Below, in pieces: positions 41,413-55,580 of a stretch of DNA of 64,000 nucleotides. Numbering within the stretch: the first letter of the stretch is position 1; each line of letters starts with the position of its first letter. The position numbers were made by a program, and so were the translations under genes. The notes under the pieces were generated by a model. The model did no database searches. It saw nothing but the letters and a program-made list of their open reading frames with translations, and had not been told where the DNA came from. This stretch comes from Auanema rhodensis (lineage: Eukaryota > Animalia > Nematoda). The stretch is from assembly GCA_964057225.1 (NCBI GenBank), contig OZ059894.1:21018001-21082000 (forward strand). Direction: 5' to 3'.

Positions 41413-44400
41413 TAATTTAGCAAAAAGTAGATGTTTTTAGATTCCTTTTTTCAAGGCAAAGACGATGGACAATGTTATTCAACGAAAAAATTAATTCTTC
41501 AGGGTGAAAATCGAGGATATAAGTGTGAACTTATATCAGTTGATATCTCGGTGCATTTTTAAGCTAGCGCAAATCTGATAACTCAGAACGACGCAGCTTA
41601 AAAATCCGCATCGAATGCACTATACTACATTGAGAAACGCTTAATACAAAAATTAGTTATGATCGTTTGAAAAATGATGCATTAGTGTATGTTGAGTTTC
41701 CATGTACACTCAACATTGCTTCCAAAAACATTTTGACAAAAATTTTTTCGAGAAATTTCAAAATAATTTAGCAAAAAGTAGATGTTTTTAGATTCCTTTT
41801 TTCAAGGCAAAGACGATGGACATTGTTATTCAACGAAAAAATTAATTCTTCAGGGTGAAAATCGAGGATATAAGTGTAAACTTATATCAGTTGATATCTC
41901 GGTGCATTTTTAAGCTAGCGCAAATCTGATAACACAGAACGACGCAGCTTAAAAATCCGCATCGAATGCACTATACTACATTGAGAAACGCTTAATACAA
42001 AAATTAGTTATGATCGTTTGAAAAATGATGCATTAGTGTATGTTGAGTTTCCATGTACACTCAACATTGCTTCCAAAAACATTTTGACAAAAATTTTTTC
42101 GAAAAATTTCAAGATAATTTAGCAAAAAGTAGATGTTTTTAGATTCCTTTTTTCAAGGCAAAGACGATGGACAATGTTATTCAACGAAAAAATTAATTCT
42201 TCAGGGTGAAAATCGAGGATATATGTGTGAACTTATATCAGTTGATATCTCGGTGCATTTTTAAGCTAGCGCAAATCTGATAACACAGATCGACGCAGCT
42301 TAAAAATCCGCATCGAATGCACTATACTACATTGAGAAACGCTTAATACAAAAATTAGTTATGATCGTTTGAAAAATGATGCATTAGTGTATGTTGAGTT
42401 TCCATGTACACTCAACATTGCTTCCAAAAACATTTTGACAAAAATTTTTTCGAAAAATTTCAAGATAATTTAGCAAAAAGTAGATGTTTTTAGATTCCTT
42501 TTTTCAAGGCAAAGACGATGGACAATGTTATTCAACGAAAAAATTAATTCTTCAGGGTGAAAATCGAGGATATATGTGTGAACTTATATCAGTTGATATC
42601 CCGGTGCATTTTTAAGCTAGCGCAAATCTGATAACACAGAACGACGCAGCTTAAAAATCCGCATCGAATGCACTATACTACATTGAGAAACGCTTAATAC
42701 ACAAATTAGTTATGATCGTTTGAAAAATGATGCATTAGTGTATGTTGAGTTTCCATGTACACTCAACATTGCTTCCAAAAACATTTTGACAAAAATTTTT
42801 TCGAAAAATTTCAAAATAATTTAGCAAAAAGTAGATGTTTTTAGATTCCTTTTTTCAAGGCAAAGACGATGGACAATGTTATTCAACGAAAAAATTAATT
42901 CTTCAGGGTGAAAATCGAGGATATATGTGTGAACTTATATCAGTTGATATCTCGGTGCATTTTTAAGCTAGCGCAAATCTGATAACACAGATCGACGCAG
43001 CTTAAAAATCCGCATCGAATGCACTATACTACATTGAGAAACGCTTAATACAAAAATTAGTTATGATCGTTTGAAAAATGATGCATTAGTGTATGTTGAG
43101 TTTCCATGTACACTCAACATTGCTTCCAAAAACATTTTGACAAAAATTTTTTCGAAAAATTTCAAGATAATTTAGCAAAAAGTAGATGTTTTTAGATTCC
43201 TTTTTTCAAGGCAAAGACGATGGACAATGTTATTCAACGAAAAAATTAATTCTTCAGGGTGAAAATCGAGGATATATGTGTGAACTTATATCAGTTGATA
43301 TCTCGGTGCATTTTTAAGCTAGCGCAAATCTGATAACACAGATCGACGCAGCTTAAAAATCCGCATCGAATGCACTATACTACATTGAGAAACGCTTAAT
43401 ACAAAAATTAGTTATGATCGTTTGAAAAATGATGCATTAGTGTATGTTGAGTTTCCATGTACACTCAACATTGCTTCCAAAAACATTTTGACAAAAATTT
43501 TTTCGAAAAATTTCAAGATAATTTAGCAAAAAGTAGATGTTTTTAGATTCCTTTTTTCAAGGCAAAGACGATGGACAATGTTATTCAACGAAAAAATTAA
43601 TTCTTCAGGGTGAAAATCGAGGATATAAGTGTGAACTTATATCAGTTGATATCTCGGTGCATTTTTAAGCTAGCGCAAATCTGATAACACAGAACGACGC
43701 AGCTTAAAAATCCGCATCGAATGCACTATACTACATTGAGAAACGCTTAATACAAAAATTAGTTATGATCGTTTGAAAAATGATGCATTAGTGTATGTTG
43801 AGTTTCCATGTACACTCAACATTGCTTCCAAAAACATTTTGACAAAAATTTTTTCGAGAAATTTCAAAATAATTTAGCAAAAAATAGATGTTTTTAGATT
43901 CCTTTTTTCAAGGCAAAGACGATGGACAATGTTATTCAACGAAAAAATTAATTCTTCAGGGTGAAAATCGAGGATATAAGTGTGAACTTATATCAGTTGA
44001 TATCTCGGTGCATTTTTAAGCTAGCGCAAATCTGATAACACAGAACGACGCAGCTTAAAAATCCGCATCGAATGCACTATACTACATTGAGAAACGCTTA
44101 ATACAAAAATTAGTTATGATCGTTTGAAAAATGATGCATTAGTGTATGTTGAGTTTCCATGTACACTCAACATTGCTTCCAAAAACATTTTGACAAAAAT
44201 TTTTTCGAGAAATTTCAAAATAATTTAGCAAAAAGTAGATGTTTTTAGATTCCTTTTTTCAAGGCAAAGACGATGGACAATGTTATTCAACGAAAAAATT
44301 AATTCTTCAGGGTGAAAATCGAGGATATAAGTGTGAACTTATATCAGTTGATATCTCGGTGCATTTTTAAGCTAGCGCAAATCTGATAACACAGATCGAC

Positions 44401-47400
44401 GCAGCTTAAAAATCCGCATCGAATGCACTATACTACATTGAGAAACGCTTAATACAAAAATTAGTTATGATCGTTTGAAAAATGATGCATTAGTGTATGT
44501 TGAGTTTCCATGTACACTCAACATTGCTTCCAAAAACATTTTGACAAAAATTTTTTCGAGAAATTTCAAAATAATTTAGCAAAAAATAGATGTTTTTAGA
44601 TTCCTTTTTTCAAGGCAAAGACGATGGACAATGTTATTCAACGAAAAAATTAATTCTTCAGGGTGAAAATCGAGGATATAAGTGTGAACTTATATCAGTT
44701 GATATCTCGGTGCATTTTTAAGCTAGCGCAAATCTGATAACACAGAACGACGCAGCTTAAAAATCCGCATCGAATGCACTATACTACATTGAGAAACGCT
44801 TAATACAAAAATTAGTTATGATCGTTTGAAAAATGATGCATTAGTGTATGTTGAGTTTCCATGTACACTCAACATTGCTTCCAAAAACATTTTGACAAAA
44901 ATTTTTTCGAGAAATTTCAAAATAATTTAGCAAAAAGTAGATGTTTTTAGATTCCTTTTTTCAAGGCAAAGACGATGGACAATGTTATTCAACGAAAAAA
45001 TTAATTCTTCAGGGTGAAAATCGAGGATATAAGTGTGAACTTATATCAGTTGATATCTCGGTGCATTTTTAAGCTAGCGCAAATCTGATAACACAGATCG
45101 ACGCAGCTTAAAAATCCGCATCGAATGCACTATACTACATTGAGAAACGCTTAATACAAAAATTAGTTATGATCGTTTGAAAAATGATGCATTAGTGTAT
45201 GTTGAGTTTCCATGTACACTCAACATTGCTTCCAAAAACATTTTGACAAAAATTTTTTCGAAAAATTTCAAAATAATTTAGCAAAAAGTAGATGTTTTTA
45301 GATTCCTTTTTTCAAGGCAAAGACGATGGACAATGTTATTCAACGAAAAAATTAATTCTTCAGGGTGAAAATCGAGGATATAAGTGTGAACTTATATCAG
45401 TTGATATCTCGGTGCATTTTTAAGCTAGCGCAAATCTGATAACACAGAACGACGCAGCTTAAAAATCCGCATCGAATGCACTATACTACATTGAGAAACG
45501 CTTAATACAAAAATTAGTTATGATCGTTTGAAAAATGATGCATTAGTGTATGTTGAGTTTCCATGTACACTCAACATTGCTTCCAAAAACATTTTGACAA
45601 AAATTTTTTCGAAAAATTTCAAAATAATTTAGCAAAAAGTAGATGTTTTTAGATTCCTTTTTTCAAGGCAAAGACGATGGACAATGTTATTCAACGAAAA
45701 AATTAATTCTTCAGGGTGAAAATCGAGGATATAAGTGTGAACTTATATCAGTTGATATCTCGGTGCATTTTTAAGCTAGCGCAAATCTGATAACACAGAA
45801 CGACGCAGCTTAAAAATCCGCATCGAATGCACTATACTACATTGAGAAACGCTTAATACAAAAATTAGTTATGATCGTTTGAAAAATGATGCATTAGTGT
45901 ATGTTGAGTTTCCATGTACACTCAACATTGCTTCCAAAAACATTTTGACAAAAATTTTTTCGAGAAATTTCAAAATAATTTAGCAAAAAATAGATGTTTT
46001 TAGATTCCTTTTTTCAAGGCAAAGACGATGGACAATGTTATTCAACGAAAAAATTAATTCTTCAGGGTGAAAATCGAGGATATATGTGTGAACTTATATC
46101 AGTTGATATCTCGGTGCATTTTTAAGCTAGCGCAAATCTGATAACACAGATCGACGCAGCTTAAAAATCCGCATCGAATGCACTATACTACATTGAGAAA
46201 CGCTTAATACGAAAATTAGTTATGATCGTTTGAAAAATGATGCATTAGTGTATGTTGAGTTTCCATGTACACTCAACATTGCTTCCAAAAACATTTTGAC
46301 AAAAATTTTTTCGAAAAATTTCAAGATAATTTAGCAAAAAGTAGATGTTTTTAGATTCCTTTTTTCAAGGCAAAGACGATGGACAATGTTATTCAACGAA
46401 AAAATTAATTCTTCAGGGTGAAAATCGAGGATATAAGTGTGAACTTATATCAGTTGATATCTCGGTGCATTTTTAAGCTAGCGCAAATCTGATAACACAG
46501 AACGACGCAGCTTAAAAATCCGCATCGAATGCACTATACTACATTGAGAAACGCTTAATACAAAAATTAGTTATGATCGTTTGAAAAATGATGCATTAGT
46601 GTATGTTGAGTTTCCATGTACACTCAACATTGCTTCCAAAAACATTTTGACAAAAATTTTTTCGAGAAATTTCAAAATAATTTAGCAAAAAATAGATGTT
46701 TTTAGATTCCTTTTTTCAAGGCAAAGACGATGGACAATGTTATTCAACGAAAAAATTAATTCTTCAGGGTGAAAATCGAGGATATAAGTGTGAACTTATA
46801 TCAGTTGATATCTCGGTGCATTTTTAAGCTAGCGCAAATCTGATAACACAGATCGACGCAGCTTAAAAATCCGCATCGAATGCACTATACTACATTGAGA
46901 AACGCTTAATACAAAAATTAGTTATGATCGTTCGAAAAATGATGCATTAGTGTATGTTGAGTTTCCATGTACACTCAACATTGCTTCCAAAAACATTTTG
47001 ACAAAAATTTTTTCGAAAAATTTCAAAATAATTTAGCAAAAAGTAGATGTTTTTAGATTCCTTTTTTCAAGGCAAAGACGATGGACAATGTTATTCAACG
47101 AAAAAATTAATTCTTCAGGGTGAAAATCGAGGATATATGTGTGAACTTATATCAGTTGATATCTCGGTGCATTTTTAAGCTAGCGCAAATCTGATAACAC
47201 AGATCGACGCAGCTTAAAAATCCGCATCGAATGCACTATACTACATTGAGAAACGCTTAATACAAAAATTAGTTATGATCGTTTGAAAAATGATGCATTA
47301 GTGTATGTTGAGTTTCCATGTACACTCAACATTGCTTCCAAAAACATTTTGACAAAAATTTTTTCGAAAAATTTCAAAATAATTTAGCAAAAAGTAGATG

Positions 47401-50400
47401 TTTTTAGATTCCTTTTTTCAAGGCAAAGACGATGGACCATGTTATTCAACGAAAAAATTAATTCTTCAGGGTGAAAATCGAGGATATATGTGTGAACTTA
47501 TATCAGTTGATATCTCGGTGCATTTTTAAGCTAGCGCAAATCTGATAACACAGATCGACGCAGCTTAAAAATCCGCATCGAATGCACTATACTACATTGA
47601 GAAACGCTTAATACAAAAATTAGTTATGATCGTTTGAAAAATGATGCATTAGTGTATGTTGAGTTTCCATGTACACTCAACATTGCTTCCAAAAACATTT
47701 TGACAAAAATTTTTTCGAAAAATTTCAAAATAATTTAGCAAAAAGTAGATGTTTTTAGATTCCTTTTTTCAAGGCAAAGACGATGGACAATGTTATTCAA
47801 CGAAAAAATTAATTCTTCAGGGTGAAAATCGAGGATATAAGTGTGAACTTATATCAGTTGATATCTCGGTGCATTTTTAAGCTAGCGCAAATCTGATAAC
47901 ACAGATCGACGCAGCTTAAAAATCCGCATCGAATGCACTATACTACATTGAGAAACGCTTAATACAAAAATTAGTTATGATCGTTTGAAAAATGATGCAT
48001 TAGTGTATGTTGAGTTTCCATGTACACTCAACATTGCTTCCAAAAACATTTTGACAAAAATTTTTTCGAAAAATTTCAAAATAATTTAGCAAAAAGTAGA
48101 TGTTTTTAGATTCCTTTTTTCAAGGCAAAGACGATGGACAATGTTATTCAACGAAAAAATTAATTCTTCAGGGTGAAAATCGAGGATATAAGTGTGAACT
48201 TATATCAGTTGATATCTCGGTGCATTTTTAAGCTAGCGCAAATCTGATAACACAGATCGACGCAGCTTAAAAATCCGCATCGAATGCACTATACTACATT
48301 GAGAAACGCTTAATACAAAAATTAGTTATGATCGTTTGAAAAATGATGCATTAGTGTATGTTGAGTTTCCATGTACACTCAACATTGCTTCCAAAAACAT
48401 TTTGACAAAAATTTTTTCGAAAAATTTCAAAATAATTTAGCAAAAAGTAGATGTTTTTAGATTCCTTTTTTCAAGGCAAAGACGATGGACAATGTTATTC
48501 AACGAAAAAATTAATTCTTCAGGGTGAAAATCGAGGATATAAGTGTGAACTTATATCAGTTGATATCTCGGTGCATTTTTAAGCTAGCGCAAATCTGATA
48601 ACACAGATCGACGCAGCTTAAAAATCCGCATCGAATGCACTATACTACATTGAGAAACGCTTAATACAAAAATTAGTTATGATCGTTTGAAAAATGATGC
48701 ATTAGTGTATGTTGAGTTTCCATGTACACTCAACATTGCTTCCAAAAACATTTTGACAAAAATTTTTTCGAAAAATTTCAAAATAATTTAGCAAAAAGTA
48801 GATGTTTTTAGATTCCTTTTTTCAAGGCAAAGACGATGGACAATGTTATTCAACGAAAAAATTAATTCTTCAGGGTGAAAATCGAGGATATAAGTGTGAA
48901 CTTATATCAGTTGATATCTCGGTGCATTTTTAAGCTAGCGCAAATCTGATAACACAGATCGACGCAGCTTAAAAATCCGCATCGAATGCACTATACTACA
49001 TTGAGAAACGCTTAATACAAAAATTAGTTATGATCGTTTGAAAAATGATGCATTAGTGTATGTTGAGTTTCCATGTACACTCAACATTGCTTCCAAAAAC
49101 ATTTTGACAAAAATTTTTTCGAAAAATTTCAAAATAATTTAGCAAAAAGTAGATGTTTTTAGATTCCTTTTTTCAAGGCAAAGACGATGGACAATGTTAT
49201 TCAACGAAAAAATTAATTCTTCAGGGTGAAAATCGAGGATATAAGTGTGAACTTATATCAGTTGATATCTCGGTGCATTTTTAAGCTAGCGCAAATCTGA
49301 TAACACAGATCGACGCAGCTTAAAAATCCGCATCGAATGCACTATACTACATTGAGAAACGCTTAATACAAAAATTAGTTATGATCGTTTGAAAAATGAT
49401 GCATTAGTGTATGTTGAGTTTCCATGTACACTCAACATTGCTTCCAAAAACATTTTGACAAAAATTTTTTCGAAAAATTTCAAAATAATTTAGCAAAAAG
49501 TAGATGTTTTTAGATTCCTTTTTTCAAGGCAAAGACGATGGACAATGTTATTCAACGAAAAAATTAATTCTTCAGGGTGAAAATCGAGGATATAAGTGTG
49601 AACTTATATCAGTTGATATCTCGGTGCATTTTTAAGCTAGCGCAAATCTGATAACACAGATCGACGCAGCTTAAAAATCCGCATCGAATGCACTATACTA
49701 CATTGAGAAACGCTTAATACAAAAATTAGTTATGATCGTTTGAAAAATGATGCATTAGTGTATGTTGAGTTTCCATGTACACTCAACATTGCTTCCAAAA
49801 ACATTTTGACAAAAATTTTTTCGAAAAATTTCAAAATAATTTAGCAAAAAGTAGATGTTTTTAGATTTCTTTTTTCAAGGCAAAGACGATGGACAATGTT
49901 ATTCAACGAAAAAATTAATTCTTCAGGGTGAAAATCGAGGATATAAGTGTGAACTTATATCAGTTGATATCTCGGTGCATTTTTAAGCTAGCGCAAATCT
50001 GATAACACAGAACGACGCAGCTTAAAAATCCGCATCGAATGCACTATACTACATTGAGAAACGCTTAATACAAAAATTAGTTATGATCGTTTGAAAAATG
50101 ATGCATTAGTGTATGTTGAGTTTCCATGTACACTCAACATTGCTTCCAAAAACATTTTGACAAAAATTTTTTCGAAAAATTTCAAAATAATTTAGCAAAA
50201 AGTAGATGTTTTTAGATTCCTTTTTTCAAGGCAAAGACGATGGACAATGTTATTCAACGAAAAAATTAATTCTTCAGGGTGAAAATTGAGGATATAAGTG
50301 TGAACTTATATCAGTTGATATCTCGGTGCATTTTTAAGCTAGCGCAAATCTGATAACACAGAACGACGCAGCTTAAAAATCCGCATCGAATGCACTATAC

Positions 50401-50538
50401 TACATTGAGAAACGCTTAATACAAAAATTAGTTATGATCGTTTGAAAAATGATGCATTAGTGTATGTTGAGTTTCCATGTACACTCAACATTGCTTCCAA
50501 AAACATTTTGACAAAAATTTTTTCGAGAAATTTCAAAA

Positions 50539-52995
50539 TAATTTAGCAAAAAGTGGATGTTTTTAGATTCCTTTTTTCAAGGCAAAGACGATGGACAATG
50601 TTATTCAACGAAAAAATTAATTCTTCAGGGTGAAAATCGAGGATATAAGTGTGAACTTATATCAGTTGATATCTCGGTGCATTTTTAAGCTAGCGCAAAT
50701 CTGATAACACAGATCGACGCAGCTTAAAAATCCGCATCGAATGCACTATACTACATTGAGAAACGCTTAATACAAAAATTAGTTATGATCGTTTGAAAAA
50801 TGATGCATTAGTGTATGTTGAGTTTCCATGTACACTCAACATTGCTTCCAAAAACATTTTGACAAAAATTTTTTCGAAAAATTTCAAAATAATTTAGCAA
50901 AAAGTAGATGTTTTTAGATTCCTTTTTTCAAGGCAAAGACGATGGACAATGTTATTCAACGAAAAAATTAATTCTTCAGGGTGAAAATCGAGGATATAAG
51001 TGTGAACTTATATCAGTTGATATCTCGGTGCATTTTTAAGCTAGCGCAAATCTGATAACACAGATCGACGCAGCTTAAAAATCCGCATCGAATGCACTAT
51101 ACTACATTGAGAAACGCTTAATACAAAAATTAGTTATGATCGTTTGAAAAATGATGCATTAGTGTATGTTGAGTTTCCATGTACACTCAACATTGCTTCC
51201 AAAAACATTTTGACAAAAATTTTTTCGAAAAATTTCAAAATAATTTAGCAAAAAGTAGATGTTTTTAGATTCCTTTTTTCAAGGCAAAGACGATGGACAA
51301 TGTTATTCAACGAAAAAATTAATTCTTCAGGGTGAAAATCGAGGATATAAGTGTGAACTTATATCAGTTGATATCTCGGTGCATTTTTAAGCTAGCGCAA
51401 ATCTGATAACACAGATCGACGCAGCTTAAAAATCCGCATCGAATGCACTATACTACATTGAGAAACGCTTAATACAAAAATTAGTTATGATCGTTTGAAA
51501 AATGATGCATTAGTGTATGTTGAGTTTCCATGTACACTCAACATTGCTTCCAAAAACATTTTGACAAAAATTTTTTCGAAAAATTTCAAAATAATTTAGC
51601 AAAAAGTGGATGTTTTTAGATTCCTTTTTTCAAGGCAAAGACGATGGACAATGTTATTCAACGAAAAAATTAATTCTTCAGGGTGAAAATCGAGGATATA
51701 AGTGTGAACTTATATCAGTTGATATCTCGGTGCATTTTTAAGCTAGCGCAAATCTGATAACACAGATCGACGCAGCTTAAAAATCCGCATCGAATGCACT
51801 ATACTACATTGAGAAACGCTTAATACAAAAATTAGTTATGATCGTTTGAAAAATGATGCATTAGTGTATGTTGAGTTTCCATGTACACTCAACATTGCTT
51901 CCAAAAACATTTTGACAAAAATTTTTTCGAGAAATTTCAAAATAATTTAGCAAAAAGTAGATGTTTTTAGATTCCTTTTTTCAAGGCAAAGACGATGGAC
52001 AATGTTATTCAACGAAAAAATTAATTCTTCAGGGTGAAAATCGAGGATATAAGTGTGAACTTATATCAGTTGATATCTCGGTGCATTTTTAAGCTAGCGC
52101 AAATCTGATAACACAGATCGACGCAGCTTAAAAATCCGCATCGAATGCACTATACTACATTGAGAAACGCTTAATACAAAAATTAGTTATGATCGTTTGA
52201 AAAATGATGCATTAGTGTATGTTGAGTTTCCATGTACACTCAACATTGCTTCCAAAAACATTTTGACAAAAATTTTTTCGAAAAATTTCAAAATAATTTA
52301 GCAAAAAGTAGATGTTTTTAGATTCCTTTTTTCAAGGCAAAGACGATGGACAATGTTATTCAACGAAAAAATTAATTCTTCAGGGTGAAAATCGAGGATA
52401 TAAGTGTGAACTTATATCAGTTGATATCTCGGTGCATTTTTAAGCTAGCGCAAATCTGATAACACAGATCGACGCAGCTTAAAAATCCGCATCGAATGCA
52501 CTATACTACATTGAGAAACGCTTAATACAAAAATTAGTTATGATCGTTTGAAAAATGATGCATTAGTGTATGTTGAGTTTCCATGTACACTCAACATTGC
52601 TTCCAAAAACATTTTGACAAAAATTTTTTCGAAAAATTTCAAAATAATTTAGCAAAAAGTGGATGTTTTTAGATTCCTTTTTTCAAGGCAAAGACGATGG
52701 ACAATGTTATTCAACGAAAAAATTAATTCTTCAGGGTGAAAATCGAGGATATAAGTGTGAACTTATATCAGTTGATATCTCGGTGCATTTTTAAGCTAGC
52801 GCAAATCTGATAACACAGATCGACGCAGCTTAAAAATCCGCATCGAATGCACTATACTACATTGAGAAACGCTTAATACAAAAATTAGTTATGATCGTTT
52901 GAAAAATGATGCATTAGTGTATGTTGAGTTTCCATGTACACTCAACATTGCTTCCAAAAACATTTTGACAAAAATTTTTTCGAGAAATTTCAAAA
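50539..52995 (+). repeat. 3-monomer (1053 bp) periodicity
   Basis: The AGTAGA to AGTGGA variant occurs at 50555, 51608 and 52661. Confidence 0.82.
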
Positions 52996-55509
52996 TAATT
53001 TAGCAAAAAGTAGATGTTTTTAGATTCCTTTTTTCAAGGCAAAGACGATGGACAATGTTATTCAACGAAAAAATTAATTCTTCAGGGTGAAAATCGAGGA
53101 TATAAGTGTGAACTTATATCATTTGATATCTCGGTGCATTTTTAAGCTAGCGCAAATCTGATAACACAGATCGACGCAGCTTAAAAATCCGCATCGAATG
53201 CACTATACTACATTGAGAAACGCTTAATACAAAAATTAGTTATGATCGTTTGAAAAATGATGCATTAGTGTATGTTGAGTTTCCATGTACACTCAACATT
53301 GCTTCCAAAAACATTTTGACAAAAATTTTTTCGAAAAATTTCAAAATAATTTAGCAAAAAGTAGATGTTTTTAGATTCCTTTTTTCAAGGCAAAGACGAT
53401 GGACAATGTTATTCAACGAAAAAATTAATTCTTCAGGGTGAAAATCGAGGATATAAGTGTGAACTTATATCAGTTGTTATCTCGGTGCATTTTTAAGCTA
53501 GCGCAAATCTGATAACACAGATCGACGCAGCTTAAAAATCCGCATCGAATGCACTATACTACATTGAGAAACGCTTAATACAAAAATTAGTTATGATCGT
53601 TTGAAAAATGATGCATTAGTGTATGTTGAGTTTCCATGTACACTCAACATTGCTTCCAAAAACATTTTGACAAAAATTTTTTCGAAAAATTTCAAAATAA
53701 TTTAGCAAAAAGTAGATGTTTTTAGATTCCTTTTTTCAAGGCAAAGACGATGGACAATGTTATTCAACGAAAAAATTAATTCTTCAGGGTGAAAATCGAG
53801 GATATAAGTGTGAACTTATATCAGTTGATATCTCGGTGCATTTTTAAGCTAGCGCAAATCTGATAACACAGATCGACGCAGCTTAAAAATCCGCATCGAA
53901 TGCACTATACTACATTGAGAAACGCTTAATACAAAAATTAGTTATGATCGTTTGAAAAATGATGCATTAGTGTATGTTGAGTTTCCATGTACACTCAACA
54001 TTGCTTCCAAAAACATTTTGACAAAAATTTTTTCGAAAAATTTCAAAATAATTTAGCAAAAAGTAGATGTTTTTAGATTCCATTTTTCAAGGCAAAGACG
54101 ATGGACGATGTTATTCAACGAAAAAATTAATTCTTCAGGGTGAAAATCGAGGATATAAGTGTGAACTTATATCAGTTGATATCTCGGTGCATTTTTAAGC
54201 TAGCGCAAATCTGATAACACAGATCGACGCAGCTTAAAAATCCGCATCGAATGCACTATACTACATTGAGAAAAGCTCAATACAAAAATTAGTTATGATC
54301 GTTTGAAAAATGATGCATTAGTGTATGTTGAGTTTCCATGTACACTCAACATTGCTTCCAAAAACATTTTGACAAAAATTTTTTCGAAAAATTTCAAAAT
54401 AATTTAGCAAAAAGTAGATGTTTTTAGATTCCATTTTTCAAGGCAAAGACGATGGACGATGTTATTCAACGAAAAAATTAATTCTTCAGGGTGAAAATCG
54501 AGGATATAAGTGTGAACTTATATCAGTTGATATCTCGGTGCATTTTTAAGCTAGCGCAAATCTGATAACACAGATCGACGCAGCTTAAAAATCCGCATCG
54601 AATGCACTATACTACATTGAGAAACGCTTAATACAAAAATTAGTTATGATCGTTTGAAAAATGATGCATTAGTGTATGTTGAGTTTCCATGTACACTCAA
54701 CATTGCTTCCAAAAACATTTTGACAAAAATTTTTTCGAAAAATTTCAAAATAATTTAGCAAAAAGTAGATGTTTTTAGATTCCTTTTTTCAAGGCAAAGA
54801 CGATGGACAATGTTATTCAACAAAAAAATTAATTCTTCAGGGTGAAAATCGAGGATATAAGTGTGAACTTATATCAGTTGATATCTCGGTGCATTTTTAA
54901 GCTAGCGCAAATCTGATAACACAGAACGACGCAGCTTAAAAATCCGCATCGAATGCACTATACTACATTGAGAAACGCTTAATACAAAAATTAGTTATGA
55001 TCGTTTGAAAAATGATGCATTAGTGTATGTTGAGTTTCCATGTACACTCAACATTGCTTCCAAAAACATTTTGACAAAAATTTTTTCGAAAAATTTCAAA
55101 ATAATTTAGCAAAAAGTAGATGTTTTTAGATTCCATTTTTCAAGGCAAAGACGATGGACGATGTTATTCAACGAAAAAATTAATTCTTCAGGGTGAAAAT
55201 CGAGGATATAAGTGTGAACTTATATCAGTTGATATCTCGGTGCATTTTTAAGCTAGCGCAAATCTGATAACACAGATCGACGCAGCTTAAAAATCCGCAT
55301 CGAATGCACTATACTACATTGAGAAAAGCTTAATACAAAAATTAGTTATGATCGTTTGAAAAATGATGCATTAGTGTATGTTGAGTTTCCATGTACACTC
55401 AACATTGCTTCCAAAAACATTTTGACAAAAATTTTTTCGAAAAATTTCAAAATAATTTAGCAAAAAGTAGATGTTTTTAGATTCCTTTTTTCAAGGCAAA
55501 GACGATGGA

Positions 55510-55580
55510 CAATGTTATTCAACGAAAAAATTAATTCTTACTGATATAAGTTCACACTTATATCCTCGATTTTCACCCTG
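55510..55580. other. Left strand-switch junction (tail-to-tail) at 55539/55540; blunt, 41-bp asymmetric spacer
   Basis: The junction reads ...TTAATTCTT|ACTGATATAAG. The next forward base would be C and the previous reverse base would be A, so there is no microhomology. Mirror symmetry begins at 55581 (AAGAATT). Confidence 0.97.

Larger units (their letters stand above)
1..55539 (+). repeat. 351-bp tandem satellite array, forward orientation (158 full monomers + 87 bp)
   Basis: TAATTTAGC recurs at 1, 352, 7021 (=20x351+1) and 14041. After six 1-bp deletions (near 15071, 19184, 19885, 20586, 21287, 21988) the phase is 351k-5, e.g. 23161, 44221, 55453. Copies are near identical. Confidence 0.99.

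Noticed and set aside
1-55539. CRISPR array, given the palindromic repeats at regular spacing
   Set aside because: There are no unique spacers. The entire 351-bp unit repeats, and no cas genes or leader are present.
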